From positions 1,344,001 to 1,408,000 of the forward strand of contig OY782781.1 of assembly GCA_963678315.1 (NCBI GenBank): a DNA stretch of 64,000 nucleotides, read 5' to 3'. The notes beneath the pieces are model-generated. The model was not told where the DNA came from. It searched no databases and worked only from the letters and a program-made list of their open reading frames with translations. Below, one piece after another: positions 48,621 through 58,900 of the stretch. The stretch comes from Candidatus Cloacimonadales bacterium. GTDB lineage: Bacteria > Cloacimonadota > Cloacimonadia > Cloacimonadales > JAFGVF01. A program made the position numbers and the translations under genes. The stretch's first letter is position 1; every line of letters starts with the position of its first letter.

Positions 48621-49974
48621 TATTAATACTTCTTATAAATATATTTAACTGTGTTTTTGCTTGATATTTCCAAAAAGTCCTTCCAGAAATATACTTGCTA
48701 TTATCGACATACGATTCTAAGGCTACTTCCTGTTTTGAATACGGTAAGTCAATTACATATTTGAAGTTATGGAGACCAGTAACTTCACAAAAATCTTCAC
48801 CGTTCATTCCTAAGGGAGAACAATTAATCAGTAAATCAAAATATCTGTGCTTGATATTTTGGTCAATGATTTCTATAGAAGGGAAGTCTTCAGAAAGAGG
48901 AATTAGTTTTTTAACATTTCTAGATGTTATGGAAATTTGCCATTGAGAAAACACTTGAATAGCTAGTTTAGCCATGTTGCCTGAGCCATAAATTAATACA
49001 CTCTTGATAGAACTTTGGGATAGTGTCTCTTTAATTTTTATGAATGCTTCCAGATCAGTATTATAGAACTTTCTTGCTTGATAATCCATTAAATTAGCTA
49101 TTTTATGCTCATTATATAGACTTGGAAGAAAGCTTTTGTGAGGCATTGTTATAGAAAAACCGTAACACTTTTGCTTGAGTATTGGATGATTCTCAATAAA
49201 AGAAAAGAAGTTAGCTATATCATTCTTTTCTAATGGAATAGGTAAATAAACAGCTTCAATATTATGTTCTTTAAAGTAGTGATTATAGAAGTTTAAGCCT
49301 ATTGAATTGAAAACTTGCTTTTCTCCAATAATTCCTCCCCATTTCCAGTCAGAAGTAATTTCATTAAGTTGATATTGCTCAACATCTGAACTTGTAATCT
49401 GACCCTCAACAGTTTCCATGCCATCTTGTACCACATAAGTTGAGTGACAAGTCAAGTGCTTGAATAATATTCTTAGGAACTTACTATATTTACCCATAAT
49501 TATAAACATTAGTTTAGGATTAATAGACTTATTAAAATCAAAGAATTCTTTTATTTCTAAGAAAGAGTTTAATTGTTGAGCAAGCTTTAGATAGTTGGCC
49601 TGATGTATATAGCTATTTATTAGCTTCTTTTTGATATAAAAATCTGAATATCGGAAGTAGTTGTGAAATGAGAGAATCAACCTATTAGGGAAGATATCTA
49701 GTTGCTGAGGAGATCTTAATTCATGAATCTCAATATCATACCAAACATAATCATATTCAAAGTATTCTGAGAACTTATTGATTTTATCATTAATGGATCT
49801 AGTGGATTCACCACCTTCATCAACACACCTTTCAGTCAAAATCACCTTATATCTGCTTAGGGTAGGAACTGCTTCATACAAAGATTCATCTAAGTCTGTT
49901 CTAAGTTCTACCCAATGGGCCCAAATAGGTATTTTATATAGCTGTTCATATTCAGAAATAGAATAGATTAACAT
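48613..49974 (-). CDS. Divergent type I dehydroquinase-shikimate dehydrogenase fusion (AroD-AroE)
   Basis: VELRTD, T.R..EGG, SFH, LKLA, MG (DHQase I); SITMPHK, YNTD, GSGNMA, INCSPLGM, DL.Y, QA..Q (SDH). Confidence 0.8.
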   Translation of the reverse strand: MLIYSISEYEQLYKIPIWAHWVELRTDLDESLYEAVPTLSRYKVILTERCVDEGGESTRSINDKINKFSEYFEYDYVWYDIEIHELRSPQQLDIFPNRLILSFHNYFRYSDFYIKKKLINSYIHQANYLKLAQQLNSFLEIKEFFDFNKSINPKLMFIIMGKYSKFLRILFKHLTCHSTYVVQDGMETVEGQITSSDVEQYQLNEITSDWKWGGIIGEKQVFNSIGLNFYNHYFKEHNIEAVYLPIPLEKNDIANFFSFIENHPILKQKCYGFSITMPHKSFLPSLYNEHKIANLMDYQARKFYNTDLEAFIKIKETLSQSSIKSVLIYGSGNMAKLAIQVFSQWQISITSRNVKKLIPLSEDFPSIEIIDQNIKHRYFDLLINCSPLGMNGEDFCEVTGLHNFKYVIDLPYSKQEVALESYVDNSKYISGRTFWKYQAKTQLNIFIRSINNG

Positions 49975-50183
49975 TGTTCCACCTTTTTTTTATTCCATTA
50001 ATAAATTATAATATATACATTTAGCGTCAAGCATGAATTTATCAATCTTTTAATACTTGACATAAGTAAAGTATTTTACTGATTTTAGTAAACTAAATGC
50101 TTATAATAAAAATAAGTGAAAAATAGTTTGACAAGAGTTATATCATATACATATTTAATACATAAATAGAAGGTTTGGTTTGT

Positions 50184-51665
50184 ATGAAAAACATTAAGCA
50201 GTATTTATTGGAGATTGAAGAGGCTGAGAATAGTCAACAGAGAATTGCAAAGAAGATTGATCGACTTAATAATCAATTGGTCGAACAAATACTCAGAAAT
50301 AGCAATATCTCTTACAATTCTGCAATAACAAACTTCATTAAGAGAGCTACTAAAGTCCAAAAAGTAGGTTATTGGATTCATGATACTAGGAAAAAACTTT
50401 TCATGGGAACCAAGAATTGCTATGCTTTTTTTGAAGCTGACGAAAGTAAACAGTATTTATCTGAAGAAGAATTCTTTGGCTTGATTCATAAAGATGATGT
50501 GGATGAAATATATAGATCTTATACTGAAGCTTTGGAAAAAGGAATTGAAAGTGGCTCATCATATAGAATTAAAACCTTCAAAGCACAAATTAAATATGTA
50601 CTATCACATTTTACTCCTAAATATGATTCCAAAGGCAACTTGTATCAAGTTAACGGTGTGTTATTTGAGCTTCTTGATGATAGTGAAAACTATATATTCT
50701 CTCAATTCTTCTCTGATAAATCAATAAACAATAATATTGGTGTTGGTTTTTGGGAGTTTAATCCAGATAAAGAATTAGAAGTTTGGTCAAAGGGTTTGCT
50801 TAATATTATTGGTGCTGAGAATGATGTTACCGAGCCTGTCAATGATAGAGTATTTGATTATATATATAGAGAAGATAAGGAATTTGTTAGCAATCTAATA
50901 AAGAAGAATAATGATTCATGTAAAGATTACCAACTAACTTTTAGAATCAATACACTGGATAGTAAGATTAAGACAGTTTTTTCTCAGGTAAAGAATATCT
51001 TAGATTCTGAAGGCAATTTGATTAAAAGAATAGGTACAGTTTTTGATATCTCAGAAATCTATAAATACGATAACCGAAACAATATTAATAAAGCAAAGTA
51101 CTATAATATCTTGAATAGCATTGATGCATATTTCTTATTAGGTTCTTATGATGGTGATATTCATCTTGATTATGTCTCTCCACAACTACAAGAATCTCAA
51201 TTAATAAATACTGATCATGACGATACAACTTTGGATAAGTTATTTAGCAAAGTAGATGTCACTGAGAAGTTTGACTTAGTACAGATAAACCGTGAGACTT
51301 TCGATAATAAGAAAGATAAGAATATTCAGATTACTTTTGAGAATAATGGTAAACATATTGAAGCTGTTGAGTTTGTTAGAATATTAAATAGTGATGAAAC
51401 AGACAAGAATAAATCAGTTAAATTTATTATGCAGTTTATTGTTATAAGGGGTGTTAATAAGGATATTGATTTAGTAAAGGCACCATTTTGCGAAGACTTC
51501 CAGTGTGTTTTAGATGAGTTGAAGTTAGAAATCAACAAGATGGATGAACTTTCTAATCTATTGCAGAGCTTTGAAAGTATATCTTCTGCAGAAAAACAGC
51601 TTACTTCAGATATAATAGAAAGCACTAAAGAAGTTAAACTCTTAATGGAAAAGTTAAACTCTTAA
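50184..51665 (+). CDS. Multi-PAS cytoplasmic protein with degenerate HisKA-like tail
   Basis: Two VG.W...IH..D / YRI...G..DI PAS-PAC repeats; no HATPase domain. Confidence 0.75.
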   Translation: MKNIKQYLLEIEEAENSQQRIAKKIDRLNNQLVEQILRNSNISYNSAITNFIKRATKVQKVGYWIHDTRKKLFMGTKNCYAFFEADESKQYLSEEEFFGLIHKDDVDEIYRSYTEALEKGIESGSSYRIKTFKAQIKYVLSHFTPKYDSKGNLYQVNGVLFELLDDSENYIFSQFFSDKSINNNIGVGFWEFNPDKELEVWSKGLLNIIGAENDVTEPVNDRVFDYIYREDKEFVSNLIKKNNDSCKDYQLTFRINTLDSKIKTVFSQVKNILDSEGNLIKRIGTVFDISEIYKYDNRNNINKAKYYNILNSIDAYFLLGSYDGDIHLDYVSPQLQESQLINTDHDDTTLDKLFSKVDVTEKFDLVQINRETFDNKKDKNIQITFENNGKHIEAVEFVRILNSDETDKNKSVKFIMQFIVIRGVNKDIDLVKAPFCEDFQCVLDELKLEINKMDELSNLLQSFESISSAEKQLTSDIIESTKEVKLLMEKLNS

Positions 51666-51897
51666 TTTTATTTCTTAGCCGGCATAAATTTATCCATTAC
51701 TAACTATTTTTTTGCATCCACTGCTATTGGTATGCCTGGCAGTTGCTTAATTAAAGGCAATCGTTCTCAATAAAAAAAGCAGAGCCTTGTTAGTATAAAG
51801 GCAGACTATAGCAATCCTTGCAAATTATTTCACATTGTTAAATATCTCATCTTCATTATATTATAGTTAATAATCAATAATTAGGTTGGTGAGTATT

Positions 51898-54800
51898 ATG
51901 GCAAAGAAGTCTTTTCTTATTGTTTTAATTGTTTCAATGTTTGCTTCTCTTATGGCAAGTTCAATTCAAATCAATCTTGATAAAAATACACTTGGGTTAG
52001 AGATTCGTCCTCTTGAGAAAGCTACTTTGCCCAATATTAATGTAATCAAGTTAAAGCTTGTCATTCCACCACAAACAATTGTCGGTGATTTGAAGATTAT
52101 CAATCAAGAAGTTATCAAGCAAAGCAAGTTTATTCCAATTTATGAAGGAGAAAAAACCTTTACTGAATCCTCAGGCAATAGTTTAGATTATATAGCAAGT
52201 AAGCAAGCTAGAATAGGGGAGTGGCAAGCAAGCTATCATTATAAAAATGGGATTAAATTAGCAATAGTAACCATTAATCATCAGTCATATAAGCAAAGTG
52301 AAAAGCTTTTAACAAGTATTGAAAGTGGGCTTATTGAAATTCAACTTACTGCAAGTAATGAAGCATATAAAGATAATTATCTGATTTCTCCCAACATAGA
52401 AGGTGTAGTTGGGAAAGACTTGATAATCTTCCCTGAAAGTGAAGATATTTATCGAGACTTATACAATAGCCGTCCTTCATTTGCAAGAAACTCTTTGAAT
52501 GAAAACAATGCCAAGATGTTAATTTTTTCTCCAACTGAACTTGTATCAACTTGGTCTAGTTATAAAACTTTTAAAGAATCTCAAGGTCTTTCTACGACTG
52601 TTATTGATTTAGATGATGTTTATGCAATTTATTCAGGTAGGGATAATGCTGAAAAGTTAAGGAACTGTATTATCGATTTCTATGATGATATCGTAGCAGA
52701 AGAAAACAGGTTAGAATATGTTTTAATCGGTGGCGATTATGGATCTGCTCCTACCCGCATTTTAAGGATTAATGCTTATTATAACAGTTCTTTACATTCT
52801 GATAATATTTACTCTGACCAATATTTTGCAGGCTTAGATGGTGACTGGGATAATGATGGAGATAACATCTTTGGAGAAGGGGATATTAGTCTAGATAGTG
52901 ATGCTACTGGCTCCTTAGGAGATGAAGCAGATTTACTTTCAGAAGTAGCAGTTGGAAGAATTCCTGTTGAAACAGAGCAAGAGTTGTTGAATTGGATAGC
53001 TAAGCAAGAAGATTATAGCTTATTGAATGTGGAAGATAATTTCTATGAAAAAGCTTTGATGATAGGAGAACATTTAGGAGGGTCTACTTATGGAGGACTA
53101 GCTATGGATGAAGTTGCAGGTATAATGGATAATTATGCTATCGAAACTCTTTATCAATTAGAGGGTGATTATACAAGTGCCAATGTAATAAATAACTTTA
53201 ATTCAGGATATTCTATTATCAATCATTTAGGGCATGGAGGTTATTCCCATATATTTAACATAACTTTAGAAATCATAGATAATGATTTAACTAACACTGA
53301 TTATCCTCTCATCTATTCACAGGGCTGTCACTCTGCCAAGATTAACTACAATGATTCTATTGCTGAACTGCTTATAATTGATGAGCATGGAGCTTTTGCT
53401 TATATTGGAAATACTTCTTACGGATTTTATTCTTCTTTTCAAAATCAAGGAACTTCTCAGCTTTTCCATAGAGAATTCTATGATGGACTAGCTAACGAAA
53501 ACATAGATATAATAGGACGAACATTTAATGATAGTAAAGAAGATTTAATTAGCATAGTTGAGCAAACAGGAACAAAGAGGTTTATTTATTATGATAACAT
53601 TCTGCTTGCTGACCCTTCTGTTGAAATAATTCAACAGGCTCAAAGTGTTGAAATTGAACAGATTGCTCTAAATCAGATTTCTTTAGATTATTCTAGTCTG
53701 CCTGATTCTTCTGCTGAAAATGTCGATAACTTCTTAATATATGAGCGTGACGATAATTCAATGATATATCCAGTTGAGACTATTAGTCTTGAGGGCTCTA
53801 ATGCAATCATCACAACTTCAGTTCAATTACCTAATGGTATCCCTTTAGAAATGAGTATTACTAATGTAAGCAACATATTAAATCCGACTATTAAGAAGAT
53901 TAATCCTCTCTACACAATTAAAGAACTTAGCATTACCAAACCAACAATATGGAGCCAAGAGGAAAGTCCTATTTACTTATATAATAATCTAGTTGTTTTT
54001 AGTGAATTAGTGGTAGAAGCTGGAGTTGAGGTTAGAATTAACAAAGATAAGAGTATTTATGCTATCTATGGTGGCTATGTAGATTTCCAAGGAGCTAGTG
54101 ATTCACGAATTGTCTTTACTAGCTATTCAAATGACACTTCTGAAGATGATACTTGGACTGAGATATATTTAGATTTACAAGGCGATAATGATAGTTATAT
54201 TGCTTATACTGATATCAAGAATTGTAATGATGCCTTATGGATTGATTCCTTATCGACAGTTACTATTTCTGATCTTAGAATAACTAATGCTAAGAATCGA
54301 GGATTATATTCCTATTATGGCGATATTACGGCTGATTACTTACTTGTCAACCAATGTGGAGGACAAGGCAGTGGTGGTGTAATTCTCAATGGTGGAGATT
54401 ATAGCTTTAATCATGCTTCAATTGCTTATAACGAAAATGTAGATTTTTCAGCTGAAAATGTTGCAAACCTGTCTATCTCAAATAGCATAATTTATGACAC
54501 ATATAATATTGATGCCAATTCTTCTTCCATCAGCTATTCGCTGTTCCCGGATTTACTTTCAGGTCCAGGAAACATATCTGGAAATCCTTTGCTAGCTTCT
54601 GAAAGTGATCTAAGTCCAAGCTTAGATTCCCCTGTGATAAATGCTGGTGATTATCTTGCAGACAATGATCCTGATGATACAATAAGAGATATAGGTTATC
54701 ATTATTACCATTATCCAAACAACTTCACCCTAGAAATTAATGAAAGTTCTAGACCAAAGACTCTTCAGTTAAGCAACAGCTCAATCGGTAACTATGATTC

Positions 54801-55197
54801 TGTTGAATGGGATTTAGATAACGATGGAGTCTGGGAATCTTCTGGAGATTCTGTCGAATTTGCAATTGGTTCAGAAGGAACTTTCTCTTATAAAATGCGA
54901 CTGAACAAAGATAGTTGGACTCAATCAATTGAAAAGGAAGATATTGTTTCAAGTTCTTTTAACAGGATATATTCTGATATAGAAACAACAATTACTATTG
55001 ATAATGAGAATCTCTATCTTGATTGGCAAGAGAATACAGATAGGGATTATTTTCTTATCTATAAAGGAATTGATACTCATGACTTTGAACTACTTTCTAT
55101 TGAGCAAGGTCTCAGTTTTCAAGAAGACCTTCCTCTAGATAATAAGGTCTTTTATCATGTGATAGCTGTTGAGCAAGACCTGCAAGTTAATGAGTAG
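51898..55197 (+). CDS. Secreted peptidase C25 (gingipain-like) with beta-helix and PKD-like domains
   Basis: Signal peptide; YVLIGGD, SD.YF..LDG, VGRIP, INHLGHG (His), YSQGC (Cys), IGNT.YG; WDLDNDG PKD-like motif. Confidence 0.88.
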   Translation: MAKKSFLIVLIVSMFASLMASSIQINLDKNTLGLEIRPLEKATLPNINVIKLKLVIPPQTIVGDLKIINQEVIKQSKFIPIYEGEKTFTESSGNSLDYIASKQARIGEWQASYHYKNGIKLAIVTINHQSYKQSEKLLTSIESGLIEIQLTASNEAYKDNYLISPNIEGVVGKDLIIFPESEDIYRDLYNSRPSFARNSLNENNAKMLIFSPTELVSTWSSYKTFKESQGLSTTVIDLDDVYAIYSGRDNAEKLRNCIIDFYDDIVAEENRLEYVLIGGDYGSAPTRILRINAYYNSSLHSDNIYSDQYFAGLDGDWDNDGDNIFGEGDISLDSDATGSLGDEADLLSEVAVGRIPVETEQELLNWIAKQEDYSLLNVEDNFYEKALMIGEHLGGSTYGGLAMDEVAGIMDNYAIETLYQLEGDYTSANVINNFNSGYSIINHLGHGGYSHIFNITLEIIDNDLTNTDYPLIYSQGCHSAKINYNDSIAELLIIDEHGAFAYIGNTSYGFYSSFQNQGTSQLFHREFYDGLANENIDIIGRTFNDSKEDLISIVEQTGTKRFIYYDNILLADPSVEIIQQAQSVEIEQIALNQISLDYSSLPDSSAENVDNFLIYERDDNSMIYPVETISLEGSNAIITTSVQLPNGIPLEMSITNVSNILNPTIKKINPLYTIKELSITKPTIWSQEESPIYLYNNLVVFSELVVEAGVEVRINKDKSIYAIYGGYVDFQGASDSRIVFTSYSNDTSEDDTWTEIYLDLQGDNDSYIAYTDIKNCNDALWIDSLSTVTISDLRITNAKNRGLYSYYGDITADYLLVNQCGGQGSGGVILNGGDYSFNHASIAYNENVDFSAENVANLSISNSIIYDTYNIDANSSSISYSLFPDLLSGPGNISGNPLLASESDLSPSLDSPVINAGDYLADNDPDDTIRDIGYHYYHYPNNFTLEINESSRPKTLQLSNSSIGNYDSVEWDLDNDGVWESSGDSVEFAIGSEGTFSYKMRLNKDSWTQSIEKEDIVSSSFNRIYSDIETTITIDNENLYLDWQENTDRDYFLIYKGIDTHDFELLSIEQGLSFQEDLPLDNKVFYHVIAVEQDLQVNE

Positions 55198-55210
55198 TGA
55201 AGGTTTATTG

Positions 55211-55702
55211 GGTACGTAAGCAACAGTCTTCGCCTGTCACAGTCCCTGCTTGCGAAGTGTTTTTTGTGTAAGCAGGGATGCTTACACTCCATTTTCGGAT
55301 TGTAAGCTTCCAGCTTGCGAAAGGTTGCTTTTTGGATTGTAAGCTTCCAGCTTACGAAAGGTTGCTTTTTGGATTGTAAGCTTCCAGCTTGCGAAATGTT
55401 TTTTGTGTAAGCAGGGATGCTTACACTCCATATTCGGATTGTAAGCTTCCAGCTTACGAAAGGTTGCTTTTTGGATTGTAAGCTTCCAGCTTACGAAAGG
55501 TTGCTTTTCGGATTGTAAGCTTCCAGCTTGCGAAGTGTTTTTTGTGTAAGCAGGGATGCTTACACTCCATATTCGGATTGTAAGCTTCCAGCTTACGAAA
55601 GGTTGCTTTTTGGATTGTAAGCTTCCAGCTTACGAAGTGTTTTTTGTGTAAGCAGGGATGCTTACACTCCATATTCGGATTGTAAGCTTCCAGCTTACGA
55701 AA
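55211..55702. repeat. REP/BIME-like patterned tandem array
   Basis: Nine GGATTGTAAGC-TTCCA-GCTTRCGAA units at 55297, 55334, 55371, 55436, 55473, 55510, 55575, 55612, 55677 (spacings 37,37,65,37,37,65,37,65) plus four inverted GTGTAAGCA-GGGA-TGCTTACACTCC units. Confidence 0.93.
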
Positions 55703-55717
55703 ATTCTTTACTTCTAT

Positions 55718-57004
55718 CTAAAATCTTGTATTGTCAACGAAAGTAAAGTTATCAATCAGCATTGTAGGGATAGCAGACCAAGTTGAAATTGCGTCTTCTT
55801 TTCCTAGAGCTAAGATTCTTCTTGTTGTTTCGTGAGGAATTTCATTCCAACGGAAGTTATTAACTGATTTCTGGATTTTACCATCTTTAAAGTAAAGGAC
55901 TCCATCTCTAGTGAGACCGGTTAATTCACCACTCTTACCATCGATGACTCTGATATACCAGAAACGATTTATGATTAGACCTTCATCAACCATTTGCATC
56001 ATTTGATCTTCTGTTTTATCTCCACCAGCAATAATCACATTGAAAGGCCTATTGACTACAGGTAGATTTTTATCTTGAGCATAGAATCTTGAAGTAGTAA
56101 GATTCATAAGCTTTCCATCTTTCACCCAATCTGTATTAGAATTTATCATACCTTCTTCTGTAAAAGTTTGTCTAAGTATTCTATCATCTTCAAGTGAAGA
56201 ATACATATTGAAGTTTTTACCAAAGAATTCTTTACCCATTTGTCCAGCAAAAGGAGTCATACCTAAATCAGCACCTCTTCTTTCCATAAACCAGCTCATG
56301 AAAGAATAAAGATCAAGCACAGCTTGAGGTCTAAGGATTACAGCTATTTTTTGTGGTTCCATACTTTCTGGATTATCTAATGAGTCAAACTGACTATTCA
56401 ACTGAGCAATTAGAGCTTCTAAATCATATTGATCTTTTCTTATTACAGAACGAGAAACTCTAGTCTCTTTTCTATCACGTTTCATAGTCATTGAGTGTTC
56501 AAAGAAAGATATTTTTTCTTGTCCGTAGAAGCCATTCTTTGTAGTAATGATTGTGCTAACTGTTTCTCTAGTAAGCATACCAGAAACTACAGCGTTGTGT
56601 TTCATAGCATTTTCAATACAAGTTTTAACAATTTCAGCAGTTTCTTCAATATCTATCTTAGCAACTTCTTCATCATAATTATCATAGCTTGGGACAACCT
56701 TTTTACCTTCAGTAGCAAGAAGTTCAGGGTCATCAACACTATTCATGGCGATAGTCTTTGCCAGAGCAATTCTTTCATCTATATAATCTGAATCTAGTTG
56801 TTCAATAGACACCGATCCCTTTTTCTTACCATAGATTAGGGATAGATTAATCTTATATTTTGAACCAGACATATTTTGAGTGATTCTATTTTGGGCAAAG
56901 CGAGTATCAAGAACATTTTCCACATTTGCAGCGATAGCAAAATCATCTGCATCATTATTCTTTTTGATATATTCAATAGCTTCTTTAATTTGTTCTAGTA
57001 TCAT
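55718..57004 (-). CDS. TldD/PmbA family protein (PmbA/TldE-like partner)
   Basis: TRFAQN.I.QN, VIL.PQAV, RFWYIR, TGLTRDG, V.NFRWNE; overlaps tldD. Confidence 0.88.
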   Translation of the reverse strand: MILEQIKEAIEYIKKNNDADDFAIAANVENVLDTRFAQNRITQNMSGSKYKINLSLIYGKKKGSVSIEQLDSDYIDERIALAKTIAMNSVDDPELLATEGKKVVPSYDNYDEEVAKIDIEETAEIVKTCIENAMKHNAVVSGMLTRETVSTIITTKNGFYGQEKISFFEHSMTMKRDRKETRVSRSVIRKDQYDLEALIAQLNSQFDSLDNPESMEPQKIAVILRPQAVLDLYSFMSWFMERRGADLGMTPFAGQMGKEFFGKNFNMYSSLEDDRILRQTFTEEGMINSNTDWVKDGKLMNLTTSRFYAQDKNLPVVNRPFNVIIAGGDKTEDQMMQMVDEGLIINRFWYIRVIDGKSGELTGLTRDGVLYFKDGKIQKSVNNFRWNEIPHETTRRILALGKEDAISTWSAIPTMLIDNFTFVDNTRF

Positions 57005-58443
57005 TTTGAACCTCCTACAGTGATATTTCTAAAGAGGGTTGGTGAGGCACCGTGAGTCATTCTTCCTGTTTGAGAAGGTTGTCCTTTACCACAATTATTC
57101 ACACCCCATGCTTTCCAGAAACGTTTATCTGCTATTGCTTCCACACTGTTCCAGAATTCTGGATTGTTTGATCTATAGAGAATTTTCTTGAGTGGTCTAA
57201 CTTTCTTACCATTCTTGATTTCCCAGAACATGTCTCCACCGAATTGGAAGTTAATTCTATGTTGGTCTATTGAGAATGAACCTTGTCCTTCAATCATAAC
57301 ACCCTCATCAACTCTTGAAACTAAGTCATTAGGAGAACAAGTCTCTTTTCCTGGTTCAAGATAAAGGTTTGGAATTCTGTTAATAGGCATATTGTAGTAG
57401 AAAGTAGCTCTATTACAGCCTCTACTTAGAGGAGCATCAATGAATGAAGCAGTGTCTCTGGTTGTTCCATACTCGTTAAGAATACCATCTTTTACAATTT
57501 GCCATTCTTGATTTGGTACACCATCATCATCATAACCTGCAGTAGCCATTCCACCAGCAAGCTTATTGTTAGCAGTAAAGTTAACAATCTCAGAACCATA
57601 TCTATACTTCTTTAGCTTTTCTGGGGTAGCGAAAGAGATACCTGCAAAGTCAGCTTCCCAACCTAGAACTCTATCTAATTCAGTTGGATGACCTACTGAT
57701 TCATGCATAGTCAAGGCTAAATGAGCAGGGTCAAGGATAAGATCTCTGCGTTTGTCTTCTTTCAAAGTTTCCGCATTCAATTTCATGATAGCTTCTCTTG
57801 CTACTCTATCAGCATTCTCAAGAAGTTTTAAATCAAGAACATGCTCCCAACCAGCTGCTGTTGCACCAGGATTGAATGAACGAGATTGACTATCCTCAGC
57901 ATTAACTGCCACAGCTGTGTAAGTTGGATAAACATAAGTAGTATTTAAATGAAGGTTTGAACCATCTGTATTAATAATTATCTTATCATCATTTTGTGAG
58001 ATTATCATTGCTCTAGCTTGCTTAATATCTGCATAAGATAGAAGTGTTTTGTTGATTTCCATCAACATATCAATCTTTTCTTTTGGATTAACTGCAAATG
58101 GATCAATCTCTACTGGTGTATTATATGTATCAATATAACCCCTCTCTGGAGTTAGTCTTAATTGTGAATTTTTATTTATTTCAGCAGAAGCTTTAGCTAT
58201 ATTAAAAGCCCTTTTAACTGTCTCAATAACAGCATCTTTGGTAAATAATTTATTGTGGGCAAATCCCCAAGCACCATTCTTAAAGACTCTGATTCCATAT
58301 CCATAAATGTCATCATCGCCAAACTCTTTCAAACTCAAATCTCTTACAAATATGAATTCTCTCTTGGTTCTGTGAATACGAATGTCAGCAAAGTCTGCTC
58401 CTAACGATTGAGCATAGTCTATTGCTATCTTTCCTAGTTCCAT
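57001..58443 (-). CDS. tldD: TldD metalloprotease
   Basis: FADIR, GIRV..NGAWGFA, HESVGH..ELDR zinc motif, DDDG, CGKGQP. Confidence 0.92.
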   Translation of the reverse strand: MELGKIAIDYAQSLGADFADIRIHRTKREFIFVRDLSLKEFGDDDIYGYGIRVFKNGAWGFAHNKLFTKDAVIETVKRAFNIAKASAEINKNSQLRLTPERGYIDTYNTPVEIDPFAVNPKEKIDMLMEINKTLLSYADIKQARAMIISQNDDKIIINTDGSNLHLNTTYVYPTYTAVAVNAEDSQSRSFNPGATAAGWEHVLDLKLLENADRVAREAIMKLNAETLKEDKRRDLILDPAHLALTMHESVGHPTELDRVLGWEADFAGISFATPEKLKKYRYGSEIVNFTANNKLAGGMATAGYDDDGVPNQEWQIVKDGILNEYGTTRDTASFIDAPLSRGCNRATFYYNMPINRIPNLYLEPGKETCSPNDLVSRVDEGVMIEGQGSFSIDQHRINFQFGGDMFWEIKNGKKVRPLKKILYRSNNPEFWNSVEAIADKRFWKAWGVNNCGKGQPSQTGRMTHGASPTLFRNITVGGSK

Positions 58444-58552
58444 ATTTCCTCCACTTTATTTCTTTACTCAAAACCTAAGTATTTATTATATGATGTCAAG
58501 TATTAAATTATAATACTCTTGGTATAGTGTGACTTTCTTCTTGCAAGCATGC

Positions 58553-58892
58553 TGCTACAGAGACCTTCTGCCGAAAGTCTCTACATCCTTACTTGCCACC
58601 TTGAAAAAAAGCCGATTTTTCAAGGAGACCCAAAGGGATGAGTTAGAAGTGAGAAGTTAGAAGTTAGTGACATACTGGGATCGCCAGCCTCTGCGCTGGC
58701 TTCACTTAGAACGTAGTGATAAGTGAATTTGTAGAGACCTACGGATGTTTGTTTAAATTAAAAAAGATGGAAGATAATTGAGCTCCATTTTATCACCCAT
58801 GGTTAAAACCATGGGCTCTTTATTGATTTACCCTTACAGGGTATAAATACCTTTATGTCCCTTGGAGACATATCGCTTCAAAGCCCATGATT
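58553..58892. repeat. Mixed cluster of REP-like palindromes
   Basis: cttacttgccaccttgaaaaa..tttttcaag shared with 5815-5845 and 18555-18592; GAAGT(T/G)A heptamers; GCCAGC..GCTGGC; CCCATGG-ttaaaa-CCATGGG; GTAGAGAC motifs. Confidence 0.75.
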
Positions 58893-58900
58893 TAAATTTA

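Noticed and set aside
55454..55672. 72-aa repetitive ORF (also 31496-31699 and 38796-39044)
   Set aside because: Translations of non-coding repeat arrays or of the antisense strand of tRNA-like units
55297..55702. CRISPR array
   Set aside because: The sequences between repeats are short and recur as only two types; inverted units are interleaved; no cas genes or leader in the window
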